From Polyangiales bacterium (GTDB lineage: Bacteria > Myxococcota_A > Polyangia > Polyangiales > Polyangiaceae), in the NCBI GenBank assembly GCA_038231275.1, contig JBBRLQ010000035.1:1-64000 (forward strand): 64,000 bases of DNA. Direction: 5' to 3'. A program made the translations under genes and the position numbers. Below are positions 49,685 to 58,398 of this stretch, piece by piece (position 1 is the first letter of the stretch; each line of letters starts with the position of its first letter). The notes under the pieces are model-generated. The model was not told where the DNA came from. It saw only the letters and a program-made list of their open reading frames with translations, and did not search any database.

Positions 49685-50404
49685 TCAGGCGGCTTGGGCC
49701 TTGATCTCGGCGCTGCGGATCTCGGTGTAGACGGGCGGGGCTTCGAGCGAGAGGCGGCGACGCACTTCGCCGACGGGTAACGGGAGGAGCGTCTCCCACT
49801 CCTGTTCGGGGAACCACGCCGCCTTGAGGCCGCGACGGAAACCGTCGAGGATCGTCTTGCGCGCGTTCGCGCCGCCGCTCGGGGCGTTGAGGGTCTTGCT
49901 GAGGCCGATGACGATGATGAGGCCGATCGCAGGGTTCCACGTCTGCGCGAAGGTGAACGCCAGGAGGGCGGTCTCGCCGAGCACGTCGCCGGAGTAGCCG
50001 GTCGCCGCGTGCCAGAGATCGTGCGTGTCGCGCATGCGCGCGTGCGCCCATTCGAGGGAAGCGGGCATTGGCTGCTCGTGGGTCATCCCCTTGTCCCCCG
50101 CGGCGCGGATCCCGTCGGCCGAGATGTTCTCGCGGAGGACGAAGTCGAGGTACGCGCGGCCGAGCGATCCGTCGGGCATGCGCGCCAACGCGTCGCGATC
50201 GGCGAGGTGGTCGACGACGTCGGGGCGGCGCTCGAGCAAGCGTCGTCCCGCCTCGCTCCTCCGCAATCGCCGCGCGATCCGCGGGAGCGTGTCGCCCGAG
50301 AGCGACTCGATGATCGTGAAGACCTGGGGCAAATCGTCGGGATCCGCCGCGAGGATACGGGCGGCGCGGAGGGCTCGACGCGGCGCGAATTGAACGTAGG
50401 TCAT
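49685..50404 (-). CDS. Coq4-like protein
   Basis: PDGSLGRAY and HDLWH...GE Zn motif; AAGGAG RBS. Confidence 0.88.
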   Translation of the reverse strand: MTYVQFAPRRALRAARILAADPDDLPQVFTIIESLSGDTLPRIARRLRRSEAGRRLLERRPDVVDHLADRDALARMPDGSLGRAYLDFVLRENISADGIRAAGDKGMTHEQPMPASLEWAHARMRDTHDLWHAATGYSGDVLGETALLAFTFAQTWNPAIGLIIVIGLSKTLNAPSGGANARKTILDGFRRGLKAAWFPEQEWETLLPLPVGEVRRRLSLEAPPVYTEIRSAEIKAQAA

Positions 50405-50448
50405 GCGAAGAGCTCCTTTGGCGGACTCCCTTAGCTTTGGATCAATGA

Positions 50449-50481
50449 ACAATATTGTCAATAGCTCCGGACAAACTTGTC
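50449..50481. promoter_or_regulatory. Two putative TetR operators overlapping a -35 box
   Basis: ACAATATTGT (50449-50458) and GACAAACTTGTC (50470-50481); TTGACA on the minus strand at 50456-50461. Confidence 0.65.
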
Positions 50482-50512
50482 GGTACGTGTGGGGTGGGCG
50501 ATGCTGGCGAGG

Positions 50513-51136
50513 ATGCCCAAGCCCGCGAAAGGAAAGCCGCGGAGACGCCTGGACGCCGACGCCGCGCGGGCGCTCATCCTCGACGCAACCGAGAAGCGGC
50601 TCGTCGTGGTCGGTCCCTCGGGCATTCGCCTGCAGGAGGTGGCGGCCGACGCCGGCGTCTCGCACCCGACGGTGCTGCATCATTTCGGGAGCAGGGACCT
50701 GCTCGTGAAGGCGGTGATCTCGCGCTCCCTCCACGCGATCAACGCGTCGCTCGTCACCGCGATCGAGGCGTCGGGGGGAGACGAGTCGCGGCTCGAGGCC
50801 ATGCTCGACAACGTGGCGACCGCGCTTGAAGAGAGCGGGCACGCGCGCGTGATCCTGTGGCTCGTGCTCGAAGGTCACCGCATCGACGGCACCGACGTGA
50901 GGCTCACCCACGTCGTCGATGCGACCCACGCGCTACGCCTGGCGCGGAGGCCGCGCGGGAAAGCGACGCGCGAGGACACCGCGCGGACCGTGGTGCTCGC
51001 GTCGCTGGCGTTGGTGGCGGGCGCGGTGCTCGCGCCGACGATGCTGGAGAACGCCGGCCTCGGAGGAGGCCCGCGAAGCGCATCCGATTTTCGCAAATGG
51101 CTCGCGCGCCTTCTCTTGGCGCACTTCGACGCGTGA
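50513..51136 (+). CDS. TetR family transcriptional regulator
   Basis: ILDATE...IRLQEVAADAGVSHPTVLHHFGSRDLL. Confidence 0.93.
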   Translation: MPKPAKGKPRRRLDADAARALILDATEKRLVVVGPSGIRLQEVAADAGVSHPTVLHHFGSRDLLVKAVISRSLHAINASLVTAIEASGGDESRLEAMLDNVATALEESGHARVILWLVLEGHRIDGTDVRLTHVVDATHALRLARRPRGKATREDTARTVVLASLALVAGAVLAPTMLENAGLGGGPRSASDFRKWLARLLLAHFDA

Positions 51137-51162
51137 TCTGCTGCGCCGCGCCCGGTCGAAGG

Positions 51163-51786
51163 CTACGGCTTCGTGCCTTCGAGCATGAGCGGATCGGTCA
51201 AGGTGCCGCTGTAGCCGCCGTTGACCTGCCCGTTCTGGACGAAGAAGAAATATTGACCGCTGTGCTGCCCGCCGATCGCCGCGTCGATCGTGATGGTGGC
51301 GCCCGGCTCGGTGTCGAACGTGAAGCCGTGGATCTCCGCGCCCGTGGTCGTGCTCGAGTCGAGCTCTTGCCCTGTAGTGGAGAGGCGCGACGCACCGACC
51401 GGCGAGTCCGTCTTGAGGGCGATCGTTCCTTGGGCGACGTTCACGCGGATCGCGAAGTCGCAGGTGAGCGGCCCCGAGGTGTTCACGTTGGTGTCGCAGG
51501 TCCACCAGACGTGCCAGTGCCCGCCCGAGGAGTACTCGGTGAAGACGCCGACCCCGTCGCCCGGCTTGGCGTTCATCGTCTTGTCGGTGTCGATGTCGAC
51601 GAGGATGGGCGTCGCGCTGCTGGGGCCGCCGCTGCTCGTCGCGCCGCCGCCACCGCCACCTGACGTGCCGCCGGTGCCGCTCGGCCCGTAATCACGCGAC
51701 GGGGGAGGATCGCTACGGACGACGCACGCCGCCGTGAGCTGCGCGAGGACGGCGACGCCGAAGAGCGAGAGCTTGGAGAGGCTCAT
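51163..51786 (-). CDS. Hypothetical lipoprotein
   Basis: Lipobox TAAC, Gly/Ser linker, GGHWHVWWTCD; ATGA overlap with the upstream gene. Confidence 0.8.
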   Translation of the reverse strand: MSLSKLSLFGVAVLAQLTAACVVRSDPPPSRDYGPSGTGGTSGGGGGGATSSGGPSSATPILVDIDTDKTMNAKPGDGVGVFTEYSSGGHWHVWWTCDTNVNTSGPLTCDFAIRVNVAQGTIALKTDSPVGASRLSTTGQELDSSTTTGAEIHGFTFDTEPGATITIDAAIGGQHSGQYFFFVQNGQVNGGYSGTLTDPLMLEGTKP

Positions 51787-53222
51787 CGCCGACCCCCGCG
51801 CGAGCCGCCACCCCCACGGAACCCGCCGCCGCCGCTGGAGACGTGGGGCGCCGAGTAACTGGGCGTGGACTGGTGGAACGTGGGCGCCGACGAGTGATAG
51901 CTCGGCGTCGACGAGTGGAAGCCGCCGCTGCTCGGTGCCGAGTAGTGCTGCGTGGGCGCCGAGTAGGGGGCCGAGTAGTGCTGCGCGGGAGCCGAGTAGG
52001 GGGCCGAGTAGTGCTGCGCAGGAGCAGAGTAGTGCTGCGCGGGTGCCGAGTAGGGGGCCGAGTAGGCCGAGCGCGAGGACGGCGCGGAGTACGGCACCGG
52101 GTGCGGTGTCGGCGAGACGCCGCGGTACTGCTGCGCCGACGCGACCGGTGCGTGCTGGCCGAGCGTGGTCGGCGTGCTGCTTCCAAAGCGCGGAGCTTGC
52201 GTGTTCGCTTGCGCGTTGCCGAAGCGCGGCGCCGTGTTGGTCGAGGCCGGGAAGTGCTGCGCGACCTGCTGCGGAGGACGCGCGCCGACGGCGGTCGCAG
52301 TGGACGGCTTGGAGAACTGCTGCGCGCGCGCCAGACCGCTGTTGGTGCCGGAGGCCGGAGGATTCGTCACGCCGTAGGAGCGCGGGGGCGGACCACCGAC
52401 GGTCGGGTGCGCGACGCCGCGGCCGACGCTCGGGTTCGCCGGGACGTATGGACGCGTGTGCGACGCGACGACGGCGACCTGCGGACCCGCGACGATGTGG
52501 CCATTGAGGCCGCTGCCAACGAAGACATGCGAGCTGTGGCAGAAGACGAACGGCGCGACGGGCACGTACCCGATGCCGACGGCGTACCCGCCGTGCCAGT
52601 ACCAGGTCGGCGGCATCGGCGCCCATCCGACGTAGCCCCAGTCGTCGTAGCCCGATCGCCAGCTGACCCACGCGCCGGCGTACGTGCGGCCCGGGATCCA
52701 TCCCCACCCGCGGCCGCCGATGTAGACCCAGCGGCCGTAATGGAACGGCGCCCAGCCCCAGTCGTAGTCGCTGACCCAGACGTAGTCGTCGTCGTACGCC
52801 CAGTGACCGGCGGTCACGTACGGAGAGAACTCGGTGCCTACCACGGTCGGTGAAGGAGTCCACACGGTGCCGTAGGTCGAGTCGTCGACCCAGGTACCGT
52901 ACGGATCGAGCGCGGGCTTGAAGTCCGCGAGCGCGGCCGGATCGGTGTCCGCGTATTCGCTGCCGTCCGCGCCGACCTGGATGTCGCCGGCTTGCGGCGT
53001 GGCGTAGCTCGCCTCGGCGCCACCTTGCGCGCCGGGGACTTGGATCTGGGCGGGCGCGGTCATGTTCGGCGGCTCGCTCGCCGCGACGCTCTGCTCGGGC
53101 CCGTCGACGCCGGGCGGCGGAGGGTATTGCGCCTGCATGTTCGCCGACTCACCGCCGCAGCCGACCAACGCGGCGAGGGCGGGAAAGAGGAGCGCTGCGG
53201 CCAGACCTGCCAATGACTTCAT
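51783..53222 (-). CDS. DUF6600-like lipoprotein with a low-complexity tail
   Basis: Lipobox LVGC; LDPYGTWV, PYVTAGHW, WGWAPFHYGRW, AWVSWR, VGWAP. Confidence 0.85.
   Translation of the reverse strand: MKSLAGLAAALLFPALAALVGCGGESANMQAQYPPPPGVDGPEQSVAASEPPNMTAPAQIQVPGAQGGAEASYATPQAGDIQVGADGSEYADTDPAALADFKPALDPYGTWVDDSTYGTVWTPSPTVVGTEFSPYVTAGHWAYDDDYVWVSDYDWGWAPFHYGRWVYIGGRGWGWIPGRTYAGAWVSWRSGYDDWGYVGWAPMPPTWYWHGGYAVGIGYVPVAPFVFCHSSHVFVGSGLNGHIVAGPQVAVVASHTRPYVPANPSVGRGVAHPTVGGPPPRSYGVTNPPASGTNSGLARAQQFSKPSTATAVGARPPQQVAQHFPASTNTAPRFGNAQANTQAPRFGSSTPTTLGQHAPVASAQQYRGVSPTPHPVPYSAPSSRSAYSAPYSAPAQHYSAPAQHYSAPYSAPAQHYSAPYSAPTQHYSAPSSGGFHSSTPSYHSSAPTFHQSTPSYSAPHVSSGGGGFRGGGGSRGGRR
51940..52066 (-). 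repeat. Coding tandem repeat encoding (QH)YSAP
   Basis: Repeated GCCGAGTAGTGCTGCG / GCCGAGTAGGGG units encode YSAPYSAPAQHYSAPAQHYSAP. Confidence 0.85.
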
Positions 53223-53263
53223 GGGTGCCTCAACAAAGGATCGAACGCCTGAACGTTGGACGT

Positions 53264-53279
53264 TGCAATGCCCGAGCCG
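53264..53279 (-). promoter_or_regulatory. Putative sigma54 promoter for the DUF6600 operon
   Basis: CGGCTCGGGCATTGCA (GG-N10-GC) about 40 nt upstream of ATG 53222. Confidence 0.5.
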
Positions 53280-53484
53280 AAGGAAATGTGCGTCTTTTTT
53301 CTGAGGAGTCCAGGGGTTTCACGGGCCCTCCGGACAGTTTGCCCCGCCCCGGGTGGGCGTTCTGGGGCACCCTGCTCAGGGGGTCGGGACGACCGACACG
53401 ACGGTCCCGGACGAGTTGGCAGATCGCCCTGTAGACCGCGCCGTTTTGGCACCCACATCTCCGCCGGGGCCGAGCGGTTGAGCC

Positions 53485-53560
53485 GTCGCGCTCCTCTTCA
53501 GGTCGCGCTCCTCTTCAGAACGGGCCGCTATCTGAACGGGCCGACTCAGAACGGGCCGCT
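53485..53560. repeat. Nested short direct duplications at the 3' end of the sugar cluster
   Basis: GTCGCGCTCCTCTTCAG x2 (53485-53518); TCAGAACGGGCCGCT at 53515 and 53546, plus a variant at 53531. Confidence 0.85.
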
Positions 53561-54568
53561 GAACGGCTTGTCGGTGTTCTCGATACCGCCCGTGCCACGG
53601 GTGACCGCGCACGCCGCGAGCGCCGCGGCTTCGATCTCCTTCGCCCCCGGATAGAACGTCGGCTCGATCGCCTGGCTGCTCGGTACGGCGCTGTCGGGCC
53701 ACACCACGCGGCGCGGCGCAGCGCGGAGCGAGTCGAACGCGCGCTCCGTCACCGACGCGAGGACCTCACCGGCGACGCCGCACGGTCCCCAGTCCGAGTC
53801 CGCGACGACGAGGCGCCCGGTCTTTGCGACCGAACGGAGCACCGCCTCCATGTCGAGCGGACGAATCGTCCGCAGATCGATCACCTCGGCCGACACGCCA
53901 GCGCCGGCGAGCGCGGCGGCGGCCTTCGTCGATTCGGCGACCATCGGCCCGACCGCGACGAGCGAGACGTCGGTCCCGGCGCGCAGCACCGCCGCCTTGC
54001 CGAGCGGGACCACGTAGTGGCCTTCCGGCACGGGCGCGTCGTCCTCGTGCATCCACCGGTGCTCGATGAAGATGACCGGATCGTCGTCCTCGATCGCGGC
54101 GGCGAGGAGGCCCTTCGCATCTGCGGGGCTCGACGGCACGACGCACTTGATGCCCGGCACGTGGGAGAAGAGCGCGTGATGGCTCTGCGTGTGCTGCGGC
54201 CCGTTTCCCCATCCACGACCGACGACGGCGCGCACCACCATCGGCACGGTCTGCTGGCGCCCGAACATCGGCGCCCACTTCGCCGCGTGGTTGATGATCT
54301 GGTCCATCGTGAGGAGCGTGAAGTCGATGCGATGGTGGATCATCACGGGGCGCATCCCGAGGGTCGCCGCGCCGACGCACATTCCGGTGAGCGCGTTCTC
54401 GGCGAGCGGACCTTCGACGACGCGGTTGGGGCCGAAGCGCTCGAGCATTCCGGTGAGGGTCCCCCACACGGCGCGCGGATCGACGATGCCGACGCCGATG
54501 AGGAACACGTTCGGATCGCGCTCCATCGCGACCATGAGCGCGTCACGGATTGCTTCGCGGAACTTCAC
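53546..54568 (-). CDS. ThDP-dependent E1 beta-like subunit
   Basis: PLAEN, DQIINHAAK, DDPVIFIEH, IDLRTIRPLD; GTGA overlap with the alpha subunit. Confidence 0.92.
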   Translation of the reverse strand: MKFREAIRDALMVAMERDPNVFLIGVGIVDPRAVWGTLTGMLERFGPNRVVEGPLAENALTGMCVGAATLGMRPVMIHHRIDFTLLTMDQIINHAAKWAPMFGRQQTVPMVVRAVVGRGWGNGPQHTQSHHALFSHVPGIKCVVPSSPADAKGLLAAAIEDDDPVIFIEHRWMHEDDAPVPEGHYVVPLGKAAVLRAGTDVSLVAVGPMVAESTKAAAALAGAGVSAEVIDLRTIRPLDMEAVLRSVAKTGRLVVADSDWGPCGVAGEVLASVTERAFDSLRAAPRRVVWPDSAVPSSQAIEPTFYPGAKEIEAAALAACAVTRGTGGIENTDKPFSGPF

Positions 54569-55503
54569 GGCGCGCCTCCTTCCCACGCGGGCCACGGAGA
54601 GCTGCGCGCGTGGGCGAACGCGGCGTCGATGAGCGCCGAGATCTCGCTCTCCATCGCGTCTACCTCTGCGGGCGTGACGAGCGATCGCGCGCGCTCGAGC
54701 GGGCCGTTCTTTGCCCAACCATCGACCTCCGCCTTCGTGCGGTAGCCGAGATCGTCGTCCTCGTTGATGCCGCAGTGCTCGAGGACGCGGTACGTGTGGA
54801 ACTCGAGGAGCGTCGGTCCCGAGCCGCGTCGCGCGCGCTGCACGGCCTCCTCTGCTGCGCGCGTCACGGCACGGACGTCGTTGCCGTCGTGCGCCGACGC
54901 CGCCATCCCGAAGCGCTCGCCGTGCTTGTAGATGTCGGGCTGCGCCTGCCGATCCTTGATGTGCGTGTTCGTCGCGTAGAGGTTGTTCTCGCAGACGAAC
55001 ACGACCGGGAGCTTCCGCAGCGACGCGAAGTTCAGCGTCTCGTGGAACACGCCCTCTTCGACGGCGCCGTCGCCGAAGCTCGCGACCGCGACGCGATCCT
55101 GGCCGCGCATCGTGAACGTCAGCGCCGCGCCTGCCGCGTGCGAGATGGTCCCGGCGACGATCGCCGACGTGCCGGTGACGCCCGCCGCGAGATCGATGAG
55201 GTGCATCGATCCGCCCCACCCACGGCTGCACCCGTTCGCGCGCCCGTAGAGCTCGCTCATCATCGCCGGGAGATCGCCCCCCTTCGCGAGGTACCAGCCG
55301 TGCGAGCGGTAATAGGGGAAGACGAGATCGTCCTTGCGAAGCGCCGCGCACACGCCGACCGCGATCGCTTCGTGCCCCATGCACAGGTGCGGCGGCGAGC
55401 GCATCTCGCGGAGGTGGTAGGTCGTCTTGATGCGCTCCTCCACGCGACGGATGAAGAGCATGCGCTGGAAGAGATCGCGCGGCGAGGTGACGGCGGTGGA
55501 CAC
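54565..55503 (-). CDS. ThDP-dependent E1 alpha-like subunit
   Basis: GHEA, YRSHG, GGSMH, GDGAVEEG...ENN ThDP motif, TYR. Confidence 0.92.
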   Translation of the reverse strand: MSTAVTSPRDLFQRMLFIRRVEERIKTTYHLREMRSPPHLCMGHEAIAVGVCAALRKDDLVFPYYRSHGWYLAKGGDLPAMMSELYGRANGCSRGWGGSMHLIDLAAGVTGTSAIVAGTISHAAGAALTFTMRGQDRVAVASFGDGAVEEGVFHETLNFASLRKLPVVFVCENNLYATNTHIKDRQAQPDIYKHGERFGMAASAHDGNDVRAVTRAAEEAVQRARRGSGPTLLEFHTYRVLEHCGINEDDDLGYRTKAEVDGWAKNGPLERARSLVTPAEVDAMESEISALIDAAFAHARSSPWPAWEGGAP

Positions 55504-55530
55504 GATCCGATGATAGCGAACGACGTTCTT

Positions 55531-56637
55531 CTAGCGCCCGTAAAACGCGCGGATCTCGCCGATCATGAAGTCGACCTCGGGGTTCGTCAGGTACTGGTGC
55601 CCGGGCAAGGTCACGATGTCGGCGGCCTGCGCTTCGGCGATCGGGAAGTCGCCGCGCGCGTAGCCGAGATCTTTGGCCGCCGGCTGGAGGTGGAGCGGGA
55701 TCGGGTAGTGGATCTTGATCTCGATCCCCTTCTTGCCCATCGCCGCGATGAGGTCCGCGCGTCGCTGGGCGCGCACCATCGTGAGCTGGTAGGCGTTGCG
55801 TCGCTCCTTCGGACGCGGCGGGCACGAGATCTCGGGCACGTCGGCGAGGCCCGCGAAGATGCGCTCGGCGATGACGCAGCGCGCGTCGATCCAGCCGTCG
55901 ACCTTGTCGAGCACGTGATTGGCGACGACCGCCTGAATGCTCTGGAGGCGCTGGTTGATGCCCCAGATCGCGATCTCGTCGCGGTTGATCATGCCGTGGT
56001 TCCGGTACATGCGAAGCCACTCGGCGGCGCTCGCGTGGTGCGTTACCACGGCGCCACCGTCGCCCCACACATGGAGCGGCTTCAGCGGGTGCATGCTGAA
56101 GCCGGCGGCGTCGCCGAACGAGCCGGCGGCCTTTCCGGCGAACGTCGCGCCTACCGCCGGGCACGCGTCCTCGACGACGAGGAGCCCGCGTTTCTTCGCG
56201 ATCGCCATGATCGCCGGCATGTCGGGAGGGAGGCCGCCCCAGTAGACCGGAAGGATCGCCCTTGTTTTCCCTGTGATCGCGGCTTCGAGCTTCGTCGCGT
56301 CCATGGCGTAGACGTCGTCGGTGTCGACGAAGACGGGGCGCGCGCCGACCGCGACGATCGCGCCGGCGGTCGCGTAGAACGTGTTGACCTGGGTGATGAC
56401 CTCGTCGCCTGCGCCGACGCGGAGCGCCTTCAACGCGAGGACGAGCGCATCTGTGCCGGTGTTCGTGCCGACCACGTGCGGCACCCCGATGCGCGCTCCG
56501 AGCCGTCGCTCGAACTCGAGGACCGGCGCGCCGATCGTGAAATCACCGGTCCGCGCGAGCTCTTTGATCTTGCCGAGGATGGCGTCGATCTCCGGCTCGT
56601 CGAACTGACGGTCCAAGTAGCTGTAAGGGACTTTCAT
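55531..56637 (-). CDS. DegT/DnrJ/EryC1/StrS PLP-dependent sugar aminotransferase
   Basis: GTDAL, VEDAC, FSMHPLKPL (catalytic Lys), HYPIPLHLQ. Confidence 0.93.
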   Translation of the reverse strand: MKVPYSYLDRQFDEPEIDAILGKIKELARTGDFTIGAPVLEFERRLGARIGVPHVVGTNTGTDALVLALKALRVGAGDEVITQVNTFYATAGAIVAVGARPVFVDTDDVYAMDATKLEAAITGKTRAILPVYWGGLPPDMPAIMAIAKKRGLLVVEDACPAVGATFAGKAAGSFGDAAGFSMHPLKPLHVWGDGGAVVTHHASAAEWLRMYRNHGMINRDEIAIWGINQRLQSIQAVVANHVLDKVDGWIDARCVIAERIFAGLADVPEISCPPRPKERRNAYQLTMVRAQRRADLIAAMGKKGIEIKIHYPIPLHLQPAAKDLGYARGDFPIAEAQAADIVTLPGHQYLTNPEVDFMIGEIRAFYGR

Positions 56638-57746
56638 GGCGCGTAGAAGGAGCGGACCGCGTCGATGACGAGATCCTTCTGTTCGGGGTCCATCTCGGCG
56701 TAGAGCGGCAAGCTCACGATGCGTGACGTGAGCCACTTCGTGTTTGGAAACTCGTCCATGCGCACGCCGAGGTCGCGCGCGGCGGGCTGCTCGGGGATCG
56801 CGATCGGATAGTGGACCTTGGCGTCGACGCCCCGGGCCGCGAGGTGTTCGAGGAGCGCGGCGCGGCGCTCGGCCTGGATCACGAACGTCTGGTACGTGTG
56901 AAATTGTCCGTCGCGCTCGCGCGGCACGCCGACGACGCCCTCGAGCCGCGCGCACATGTCGAGCGCGATCGCGCGGCGCTCGTCGATCCAACCGTCGAGG
57001 TGCGTGAGCATGACATTCAAGATGGCCGCCTGGATGGTGTCGAGGCGCGAGTTGGTGCTCCATAGCTCCACCTCGTCACGTGTGCGGAGACCGTGATTTC
57101 TCGCCTTTTTGAGCCATTCGTAAAGAGTCTCGTCGTTCGTCGTGATGACGCCGGCGTCGCCAATGCCGTGGAGGTTCTTGAGCGGGTGCAGGCTGAAGCA
57201 TGCCGCGCGGGCGAGGCCACCGACGCGCTTGCCGCCGAGACGTGAGCCGACCGCCTGCGCCGCGTCCTCGATGACCGGCACGCCGCGCGCGCTCGCGATC
57301 GCGAGGATCGCCTCCATGTCGGCCGGGCGGCCCGCGAGGTGGACCGGGATGATGGCCTTCGTCTTCGGTCCGATCGCCGCCGCGAGCTTCGCCGGATCGA
57401 GGTTCATCTCGTCTTTCGTGACGTCGACGAAGCGCGGGGTGGCGCCGATGAGCGCGGCGCACGACGCGGAGGCGACGAACGAGTTGGGCGCGGTGATCAC
57501 CTCGTCGCCCGGGCCGACGCCGAGCCCGCGCAGCGTGAGGATGAGCGCCATCGTCCCGTCCGACACGCCGACGGCGAAGCGGGTGCCGCAGTACTCGGCG
57601 AAGCGTCGCTCGAACTCGGCGACCTCGGGCCCGAGGACGTACATGCCGTGGTCGACGACCTTCTCGATCGCCGCCATCAGCTCCGCCTTTACGCGGCGGG
57701 TGCGCCGCGCCAGAGCGACGTAGGGGACTTTCATCGGGGGCGGCAT
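56634..57746 (-). CDS. Second DegT-family sugar aminotransferase
   Basis: GTMAL, IEDAAQA, FSLHPLKNL, NSRLDTIQAA. Confidence 0.93.
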   Translation of the reverse strand: MPPPMKVPYVALARRTRRVKAELMAAIEKVVDHGMYVLGPEVAEFERRFAEYCGTRFAVGVSDGTMALILTLRGLGVGPGDEVITAPNSFVASASCAALIGATPRFVDVTKDEMNLDPAKLAAAIGPKTKAIIPVHLAGRPADMEAILAIASARGVPVIEDAAQAVGSRLGGKRVGGLARAACFSLHPLKNLHGIGDAGVITTNDETLYEWLKKARNHGLRTRDEVELWSTNSRLDTIQAAILNVMLTHLDGWIDERRAIALDMCARLEGVVGVPRERDGQFHTYQTFVIQAERRAALLEHLAARGVDAKVHYPIAIPEQPAARDLGVRMDEFPNTKWLTSRIVSLPLYAEMDPEQKDLVIDAVRSFYAP

Positions 57747-57747
57747 G

Positions 57748-58398
57748 TCACTCCGTCAACGTCCAATGGTACTCCCCCGTGTAGCCCGCCTGCGCGAAGA
57801 CCTCGCGCCAGCCGACGGGGTCGAAGTAGGTGAGCGCCGTGAGCTGCCAGCGCAGAAACTTCGTCTTTTGCTCCTCGTCGAGCCACGAGTCGACTTGCAC
57901 ATAGGCGTGCTTTCCGACGCGCTCGATCTCGCGCAATGCCTGGATGCAGCGCGGGAGCTCGAGGTTGTGGACGACGTTGATGGCGATGACCACGTCGAAC
58001 GAGTCGTCCGGAAACGGCAGCGCGTCGGCGCTCGCGCACACCAGGTGTGGCTTCACGTCCTCCATCGCGTTTTGGATGGCGTACTCGGAAACATCGACGC
58101 CGCGAACCTCGAGATCCGGCACCACCGTCGCGAGATCGTGCAGAAGGAACCCCTTCGCGCAGCCGACGTCGAGGACGCGATGACCGGCGCGGAGGCCGTA
58201 GAAATCCCGCATTCGCTCGGCGACCTTCACCCAGCGGCCGTCGTAGCGGTAGCCGCCGTAGCCCTGCCCGCGATCGCCATCGAAATACTCGCGGCCGAAT
58301 TTTTTCGCGATCTCGCGCTCGCTGGGGACGGCGGCGGCGCGCGCGTCGATGTCGCGCTTGGTCCGCGGGTAGCTGTCGAGGAGGTTCACTTCGCGCAC
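57748..58398 (-). CDS. Class I SAM-dependent methyltransferase
   Basis: GYGGYRYDGRW, VLDVGCAKGF, LPFPDDSFD. Confidence 0.9.
   Translation of the reverse strand: MREVNLLDSYPRTKRDIDARAAAVPSEREIAKKFGREYFDGDRGQGYGGYRYDGRWVKVAERMRDFYGLRAGHRVLDVGCAKGFLLHDLATVVPDLEVRGVDVSEYAIQNAMEDVKPHLVCASADALPFPDDSFDVVIAINVVHNLELPRCIQALREIERVGKHAYVQVDSWLDEEQKTKFLRWQLTALTYFDPVGWREVFAQAGYTGEYHWTLTE

Noticed and set aside
51940..52066. Repeats as a CRISPR array (also 53485-53560 and 32187-32260)
   Set aside because: The units are short and adjacent, lack unique spacers, are mostly in-frame coding repeats, and there are no cas genes.
53280..53480. Possible sRNA or riboswitch in the intergenic region (also 4101-4390)
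   Set aside because: Only weak GC-rich hairpins and no recognisable family motif. An Infernal/Rfam scan would be needed to support a call.
53546..55503. Housekeeping pyruvate dehydrogenase pdhA/pdhB
   Set aside because: No E2/E3 or lipoyl domain is adjacent and the pair sits at the end of a sugar-modification cluster, so the gene symbols were withheld.
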